Assembly: GCA_964016885.1 (NCBI GenBank)
Contig: OZ024740.1
Location: 82,894,001-82,958,000 of the forward strand
DNA: 64,000 nucleotides
Source of the DNA: Eledone cirrhosa
Lineage: Eukaryota
Direction: 5' to 3'
Position numbers and translations under genes: made by a program. The notes under the pieces were generated by a model. That model saw nothing but the letters and a program-made list of their open reading frames with translations. It made no database searches and was not told the origin of the DNA. Below are positions 55,683 to 64,000 of this stretch, piece after piece. Within the stretch, counting starts at the first letter, position 1. Each line of letters starts with the position of its first letter.

Positions 55683-55880
55683 TGTAGAGTGTCGGACACT
55701 ATGCTTAGTGACATAGAGTTACGGCTCTTTACGTTCTGAGTTCAAATCACACCGAAGTTAGTCTTGCTTTTCATCTTCAAGAAGTCGATAAAATAAAGTA
55801 CCAGTATCTCACTGGGGTCGATTTAATCGACATTTCCCTCCTCTAAAATTATCGGCCTTGTGCCTAAACCGGAAACTATT
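55683..55880 (+). mobile_element. Nin/Deu-domain SINE (longer-tail subfamily)
   Basis: B-box GAGTTCAAATC, core domain, extra GGGGTCGATTTAATCGAC segment also seen at 51035 and 33715. Confidence 0.88.
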
Positions 55881-55884
55881 ATTT

Positions 55885-56815
55885 AGAGAGGATAGCTAGA
55901 GACCCTGGCACGGGTGGGTCCTTGATCAATTTAGATCAGTCGAAAGCTTTCGATAGGTTCGACCATCGTTATCTGGCGGCAGCCTAGAGGGCCTGATTCA
56001 GAGGCGGATTGCTGCCATGCACAGCCACATCTGCTCTATGGTGAGAGTGAACAGTCAATTTTTGGAACCGTTCAACATCATGCGCTCGGTCCGCCAAGTA
56101 TGTCCTCTCTCTCATCCCCGTTGTACGTATTGACTCTCGAGATATTACTGCACAAAATGAAGACGTTGAGGAGGGTCCCACGCGAACTCGGATGCGTAAC
56201 AACCGTGTCAGCATATGCAGACCACGTCTCCGTAGTGGTGTCGAACGCCAAACGCATCAAGACGATAGGTACCACACAAAGCGAATACGAGGCGGTGACA
56301 GGAGCAATGATCAACCAAGAGAGGCAGGTCCATGCCATCCAACAGCGTCGTCGGGTGCTGGACGAACGGACCGGTTAAATTGCTGGTAAGAGGTGACGAG
56401 CAAGGTGGCCTCTCTCACCCAGAAATTGGTCGAGTGGGAGCTAACTCTGAAAGGTCGAGCGGAGGTGGCGAATGCGGACATCATCTACTAGCACCTAAAC
56501 GTCGTGCCTTCTTGTAAGCGTCATCTGACTGCGCTGTAGAAGGGACGTGCTCTCATGGACAGACGGTCCATCTGTTGTCAACACCCGCTACGCAGAGGGC
56601 TGGGATGCGAGAGGAAGCGCTTGGAGACTAGAATGTCTGAAGGCGCTTACAGCCATCGACCAGTCAGGAAATACGATTGGTGGAAACTCCACCTTGGTGT
56701 TATATAGAGGGTTAGTGAAGGGGGAAAGAGGGACGATGTATTTGGGGAGATTCTGCGCGTCGACGAAAACCAGCTAGCTAATCTTTTCAGGAGGATTTTC
56801 GGGTCGGATTCCGTG
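55885..56815 (+). mobile_element. L1/Tx1-like RT fragment
   Basis: LINLDQSKAFDRFDHRYL, RSVRQVCPLS, LYVLTLEILL, VSAYADHVSVVV. Multiple deletions. Confidence 0.85.
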
Positions 56816-56847
56816 GCTTCTGCTCAATTTACTATTATTATTATTAA

Positions 56848-57040
56848 GGGTGGTTGATTGGCAGTATCGGTAGAAGGACGGACGCCATGCTTTGACGCAT
56901 AGAGTTGCGGTCGTTGCCATTCTGATTTCAAATCCCGCCGAGGTTAATTTTGCCTTTCATCCTTACGGGGTCGATAAAAAAAAGTATCAGTAATGCACTG
57001 GGTAATTGCTGGCCTTGTGCCAAAAGTAGGAACGATTGTT
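56848..57040 (+). mobile_element. Nin/Deu-domain SINE
   Basis: Family motifs. Lies tail-to-tail with a Dong 3' end across (ATT)n. Confidence 0.92.
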
Positions 57041-57052
57041 AATATTATTATT

Positions 57053-59640
57053 TGCGTCTCAGTCATGGCTGTTATTTAACTGGAAAGTGTGTTGAAATAC
57101 ATATCAAGCCACTACCTGCATCCTCAGATATTCAGGACGTATCGGACTGTTCTTGCTGTTCCCAGCAAGCATGCCTTTTGAAATGTTCCGAAAAGCGGGA
57201 TGGACTAATCTTATTTAACCATCCTTGGAAATTATTTGAGATAGTACCTAGTGAGGCCTATGAGAATCGGGAAGACCTTGACATCATGGCAGTTCCAAAT
57301 CCTTTTTACCTCCCACTTTAATTTCTGGTATCGGTTAATTTTCTCCCTCTCCTTTTCTTGCAATCTCGTGTCAAACAGACAGGCTACATCTACAATCAGG
57401 CACGATATTTTGTCCTTGTCCAAAACCACCAGGTCTTGCCTATATTGTTCTAATTTCTTGTCCGTCTCACCTGTTCGTACCTGGATTCCGTTTCTTGTGC
57501 TCAATTTACCCCTCTTCATCTCCAGGACTCCACATTTATTAATACCAAATTCCATACATATATCATTGCTGAAAATACGGACAGTGTCAACAAGTACATC
57601 CAACTCCTTCTCACTCTTCCCAAAGAGTTTAAGATCGTCCATGAAAAGGAGATGGTTGATGGTAAGCTCTCCTTTTCCCAACGTGTATCCTGCTCTCACT
57701 TTTCGCAATATAATGGTCAGGGGTATCAGGGCAAGGACAAACAACAGAGGGGACAGAGTAACTCCCTGGAAGATACCTCTCTTGATCTTCACGCCTCCCA
57801 AGGATTCTCCAGCCGATTTCCCAGGACTTCATACTTTTACTAAACAACTGTCTAATGTTATCTGCAGCTTTAAGATCTCTAGGCTTTTGGTTATCCTAGA
57901 ATGAGGTACCATGTCGAATGTATTTTTGTAATCTATCCATCCCATGGTAAGACTAGTGTGTCTCCTCTTGCAATTCCTCATTACCATCTTATCAATAAGT
58001 AACTGGTCCTTTGTACCACGGGACTTCTTTCGGCATCCTTTCTGTTCGTCCAGTAACAAGTTGTTTATGTGGAGGTGATGGTAGATTTCTTCTGACACAA
58101 TGCTTCTTAACAGTTTCCACATTATGGACATACATGTGATAGGGCTATAGTTGGTAACATCTTTACCCTTGATTTTATCTTTCATTAACAGAACCTTTTG
58201 TCAACCACTCTGATACGTCGCCCGACATCAAGCAGTCATTGAACATGGTTGTCAGTTTCGAGTTGAGGGATGTTATATTTTTAATCCAATACTCCTGCAT
58301 ACCATCTCGGCCTGGTGATTTCCAGTAGGTTAGTTTTTTGGTTTGCCATTTAAGAGTTTCATCTATGATACTCAAATCAACTTGTTGGTGTACTTGTTCA
58401 CTAATCTCCTTTAGTACTGTCTCAATCAATACTGCCTGACTATTATGTTCAACATCCTGCTCCCATATTCCTCTCCAGAATGTCTTAGTCTGTTCCGCCT
58501 CAGGGATCAAGTCGTTGCCTCTTTCTCTCCATTCAAGCTGTCCAAACAACATCTTCTGGTTGTTGTCAAACATGCGGTTCTGTCAATACTGACTGACTCT
58601 GCACTCATACCGCATAATCTTTGCACTTTTTGCTACAATGCGTTGCTTCAGTTCCTCTATGATAATATTTAGATTTGCTCCCCTAGTTTTGTACTTTATT
58701 TCCAATCTAATTTTAGTGTCTATGTTTTGTAATGTCCAATATATTTTCTCATTTCCTTTATTTGACCATTCAGTCGTTTCTTCCACCAATATTCTGATCT
58801 TTCTTGTTTGTTGTTTCCTCTCGTTTTTATGCCAATTAATTTCCTCGTCGCATTTGCCGTTGCTTTGAGGATACTGTTGCATTGGTGAAGGTTCCTCACC
58901 TCAAGGTAAGGGATGACATTGTTTACATTAGCTGTTGTTTCTTTTAACTTTTTCCTGTCTACACATCTTAGGTTCATAGGGTTTCCACTATCATTGATCA
59001 TTTCATCTATCACGTATCTTTGTTCCAGATGTTATTTATTTCAGCATTCAGATTATTGTCTACTTCGGATGCTTCCTCGGATGTCTCAACCTCTTTACCT
59101 TCATTTCCCACTGGCTCGTTTGCCTGACATACTCCACTTTCCATTTACAACTTAATCTCTCTGATCAGTTCCTTCAGTTGCAACTCGCTAATCCATCCAT
59201 TAGTTCTTTTTACTCGAGCCTGCCCGGCCAATTTGTTCATCTAATTTAAGTAGACCAATCTCGTTCCAGATGTTATAAATCCGTTTCCTATAGCCTTTTT
59301 CCATAGGGTTACACTTCAGGTAACATTCCATGACAGTTTTATTCAGTTCTTTCGTCCAGTTGGTTCTTGTTCCTTTCCTTCTTCTTCCCCCTCCACACCA
59401 GCAGTATTTGGATGACAGCCGGGTTACTGCTGCTGGGCCAGGGAGTACTTGGTGGGTGAGAGTATTTCACATGACGTTCCAGTCTCCTCTTCACCGTTAT
59501 TCGAACTGTTTAGGTTCCACATTTAAACACTCATATCGAGGACTGGTGAATGTATGGTTACATAATCACCGGTGATTTCATCACCCCCAGTGATTTCATC
59601 ACCTCCGGTGATTTTAGCGTGGCACTTTCACGCTGTAGAC
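57053..59640 (-). mobile_element. R4/Dong-clade LINE, family A, internally deleted
   Basis: Collinear with the 37.7-41.0 kb copy. ORF 57232-57801 fuses RT (LFMDDLKLFG..RTGE) directly to RLE (TDKKLE). The 5' boundary is uncertain. Confidence 0.92.
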
Positions 59641-59944
59641 GAACAGAAATAAACAAATAAATAATTAAAAACTTTTAAAAATAAACATAAGTTTCATTGT
59701 AATGTTTGAATGTCTGATTTAGTTTTTTAGTTTGCTTTTTTTCCTTTTTGTTTTTCAAGGCCAGTAACATCGGTTACTAGTGTTGTTGTTGCTGCTGCTG
59801 CTGTTTTTTGATTTTAGTTACGATGGAAGTAGGGTTTGTTTCGGTCAAAACTTTTGAAATGTGTTTTTCTTTTGTTGTTGCATTTGTTTTTGTCTGTGAT
59901 GTGTTCTGTAATGTTTCGACTTGTTGCTTATCATTATTATTATT

Positions 59945-60252
59945 GCCGAGGTTGACTTTGCCTTTCATCCTTACGGGGTCGTTAAAATAAAGTACCAGTA
60001 ATGAACTGGGTTATTGCTGGCCTTGTGCCTAAAGTAGAAACAATTATTATTATTATATTCTGGGCGGTGGATTGGCAGTATCGGTAGAGAATCGGACGTC
60101 ATGCTTTGACGCATAGAGTTACGGCCCTTGCTATTCTGAGTTCAAATCCCGCCGAGGTTAACTTTGCCTTTCATCCTTAAGGGGTCGATAAAATAAAGTA
60201 CCAGTAATGCACTGAGTACTTGCTGGCCTTGTGCCACAAGTAGTAACAATTA
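59945..60252 (+). mobile_element. Truncated SINE (59945-60048) plus full-length SINE (60062-60252)
   Basis: Family motifs and (ATT)n spacers. Confidence 0.92.
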
Positions 60253-60882
60253 TATTATAGTTTAGATTTAGATTTGACATCGTTTAAACTAAACATTTTG
60301 AGAGAGTTTAGAGATACAACAACAATAATGATTATGGTGTTGTTGTTAGCTGTTTGACCGAGTCACAAAATCAATCTATTTATATCTTTTGGTGACTTCC
60401 TCGATTCTAGTCATGTGTAGTAGCACTACTACCATCACTCTCTTAACAGGAGGTAGTGAGGGAATAGAGGGGGTAGCGATGATGTAGTGGTGACGGTGGT
60501 GATGGAATGGTAGTACTGTAGTGATGGTTTTGTTGCAGCTGTTGGTTTGTATCTAGCTAAATTTGTTGTGGTAGTGGGGGTGGTGGCGGCGGCGGTGGTG
60601 GTGTTGGTGGTGAAATTATTTGGCTGATGCTTTCTTCCATTTGTGATCATTTGTAACCATTTTCTTTTTTGACTATAAAATGTCTGATACAAAATTAAAT
60701 ATTAAATATTGGAGACCTATGCCATAATTTTATGAATTGTCACTTCCTGAGAGTTAAGACTGGTATCTCATGTCCCATTTGTAATAAGAATTATGCTATC
60801 AGACTTGTTTTAAATATGTTAAAAATCAAAAACTCACGGGAGCGATTCCATAACACTCTATCCACCATGTGCGTATTCTTCT

Positions 60883-60915
<33 letters not shown>

Positions 60916-61383
60916 GGCGATCTACGTAGTAAATCGTATCATTGTGAGCTCCGCAAAGGTTTGTTATTTTCAGTTGTTGAAAATTGCCATTCATGGAAAA
61001 TGTTTATTGTTAACTGTATATAAGTGCACATACATTGTTATCTGAAAAGGACACCCAAAAAGATTGGGGCCTTGAGACCAAAATTTAAACTTTTATAATT
61101 ATCAAACAAAAATTTTTCTTTGAAAGATCATAGGTGACTCAGAGACACTCCTTTCTAACAAACTAACACCTCACATCGATACCACCATTGTAAATATTAC
61201 TACGTTTGCCAACACTAAAAATATAAGCAGTAGCAATATTTTAAATTTGTCTCAGGCAGACATTTATTTCCCGCCTTACCAACAAATGCAGGTGTTAAAG
61301 CCGCCACCCCCACCACCACCGCGACAACAGAAACAAAAGAAAAAAATAAATTAACTCGTGGTATCGAAATTAATTCAACCAAA

Positions 61384-64000
61384 ATGAACTCTTCCACACC
61401 GAACACCACTGACGCCACCATAACCACAACTGAAACTAAAATTAATAATAACAAAAATAACAATAACAACAACAGCAACAATGACATTAAGAAAACCACC
61501 CTCAGTTTTGGCAGAGTAGCAAAACAGTGCGAAGCATTTCAGGTAACTCAGGAGGAATTAGAAGCCAAAAAAATGGTAAAGAAAGATGTGTACAGGGTCG
61601 GCCTCCCCCACTCCCCCACCTAATAAAATGGAGCCTATGCACTGTGTCTTATCGAACAATTAATATATAATCGCGCCGAGTGGAACGACATCGGAGTCAC
61701 AAATCCAAAAAACCCACATCGGACGTGGGCAGAAGTATGGAACTGTGGACGTGTTCTTTGAAACACCATAGGAGACTAGAGAATACTCCATGGCCCCATT
61801 AAGAAGTGACGAATTCACACTCGTCAAAAGCTATTGTGGCCAGAGACTCGTAAAGATCAGGGTCACCCACGTTCCACCGGCCATCGGAATTCCCTGGCTT
61901 ATAGCTGCCGTCCTCGCCGGCATCGAAGCCAACACCAAGATAATCGAAATAGAGAAAGAAAAGCAGGAGAACTGGTCCGGATCTGGGATGGAGCTCCTGA
62001 TCCAAGCGGACCAAAGAAGCATTGAGGAGATCCCAGAGGTAATATACCTAACTGACGGCAGCCACCTCACCGTAATTGTCGAGGGTAGAAGGCCTAGGTG
62101 TGTCGTTTGTGGTGAAGGAAACCACCTAAAGGCTTTTTGCCCTCAGGCTAAAAGGGGGAGGCCACCTCTCCTACCCACCCCAGTGACTCAACCATCAACA
62201 CCACCAGCAGCAGAGATGGCAGCAACAACCGTAGCAGCAACAACAGAAGCAATTGTAACAGCAACAACCCCAGCAACAGTAGCAAAGCCACCCCCCCCCC
62301 CAACGCGCCAGAACTAGCAGCAGCGCCTACACCATCCACCACCCAACAACCAAAACTACGCCTGTGGAGGATTTTCCACTCCCCGGCCTATCACAACTGG
62401 AGACAGATTGTTACAACGAAGAGTGGGAAACGGTATCAGGAAAAAAGAAAAAAAGAAACTAAAAAATAAAAAAAATGCTCTTCCTTCCCCCTCTAAAAAC
62501 AAAATACAGAGGGAAACAAATAAACTATCAAACAAAAAAGTTAGGACAGATATGCCACCATCCACACCAGCATCACCAACCCCATCACCCCAAACACCAA
62601 CACCATCACCAACATTAACCACAACACCACCATCACCTACACCACAAAAGTCACCAAAAAGCGAAACAGAAACATACCCACAACGCACAAAAACAAAACA
62701 ACCAAAACGATACACACTACACAGCATTAAATTTGAACAACAACCAATTATTACACTACATCCAACACAACACCAGCATCACAGAAAAAGACTACACAAC
62801 AACACAAAAGTTTACACCACCTCCACACATACAAATCACTCGCATTACACAGAAAATGTACATGACACTAAAAACAAATTCCCCATAGACATCGGAGACT
62901 TCCGACAAGGACACTCCAGGAGGATTTATAAGGACATCCTTCCTGAGGAGGCCACAAGCAGTGAAAAGGATGGAGAAACCGTCCTTCCTCTACGAGGAGT
63001 AAGGTAAGTGGTCTTTCCCATCTTTTCCACTCCATTTCAACATGACCTCACTCAGAATAGGCAGCATAAATGCGCATGGCTTGGGGTCGTCATGGAAGCA
63101 GGTTCACCTGCTCAACGACCTCAGGTCACTAAACATAGATGTAGTGGCCATCAGCGAGACCAGAATCTCCGAAGCACGGGCCTTCGCACCGATCTTCCGT
63201 GGCTACGATGTGTACGCATCTCCCAGCCGTCCGGGATCGGAGGGTGGTGTTGCTGTGATTTTTCGGAGAGGCTTGTATCTCGCCATACGGGCCATCTCCC
63301 TGGACTCAGAAGGTAAGTTGGTGGTGCTGGACGTGACCAGCGGAGACGGGCAAGCTTTCAGGCTAGTGGCCGTCTATGCCCGGACAGGAGCAGGGCGGCC
63401 CGATTTCTTCCGGCATCTGGAGACCTTTCTTAGAACGTCCCGCTCTTTAGTGTTAGTGGGCAACTAGAATGGGATCTAAGATGCACGTTGGGACTGTGTG
63501 GGATGAGCGGATAAGGGTGGAGGGTGCAAGCGTCTCACCAACCTGCTCAGGCGTGTTGAACTGTCTGACAGGTACCGATTGGATTTCCCGAATGTCGCAA
63601 TCTGGAGTTGGACAAATCGCATAGGGTCATCCAGATCATATCTAGAAAGAGTATTTTGTAGGGAAATAGATAGGTCTAGCATAGGCTGTCCACAATTCAA
63701 AATAGTCAGCTACATGGACCACACATTCGTGATTTATGTGCTTAATTAGATAGGCTTCATAGACGCGTACCCGGCTACGGGAAGCTAAACGCGGCCTTAC
63801 CAGCGCGCAAGGCCTACATAAACTGATTAGCGAACTAGTTAAGCGGGCGTTTACGGGGGCCATTGTCAATAACAAGTGGTGGCTTGCTCTGAAAAGAGCA
63901 ATTAGAATAGAGTCCCTTAGGTTTAGTAAGGCTTTAGCAATAGAGAAAAATAGAGCGGAGGGAGAAATAGTTAAACAATTAGACGAGGCGCTTAGCAAAG
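61384..64000 (+). mobile_element. L1/Tx1-clade LINE 5' half (ORF1 zinc knuckle + ORF2 APE endonuclease), decayed, continues past the window end
   Basis: ORF1 61790-62317 has CVVCGEGNHLKAFCP followed by a T/P/K-rich tail. ORF2 from 63042 has IGSINAHGL, DVVAISET, GGVAVIF, LVAVYA, LVGN*N, and later TNR..SSRS and DH motifs. Stops present. Confidence 0.92.

Overview
AT-rich, microsatellite-dense eukaryotic DNA with no host gene that I can recognise. The repeat types suggest an octopod cephalopod (inference). The window is almost entirely decayed mobile DNA: (1) four long R4/Dong-clade LINE copies from two families, plus stacked 3' stubs; (2) several L1/Tx1-like and RTE-like LINE remnants; (3) about 12 tRNA-derived Nin/Deu-domain SINEs; (4) a complete but dead IR/DR-type Tc1, a rearranged mariner and a probable non-autonomous Helitron; (5) a coding-less LTR element; (6) at least three Penelope-like element (PLE) coding remnants. 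Most listed ORFs are microsatellite or antisense artefacts. The main unexplained structure is a set of short non-coding elements, mostly beside (TA)n tracts, carrying type-I hammerhead-ribozyme motifs. Three are foldback (inverted-repeat) elements with an outward-facing hammerhead in each arm, and some carry variant cores (CAGAAGA, CCGAAGA) or a long stem II. All folds and alignments were read by eye, so boundaries are approximate.
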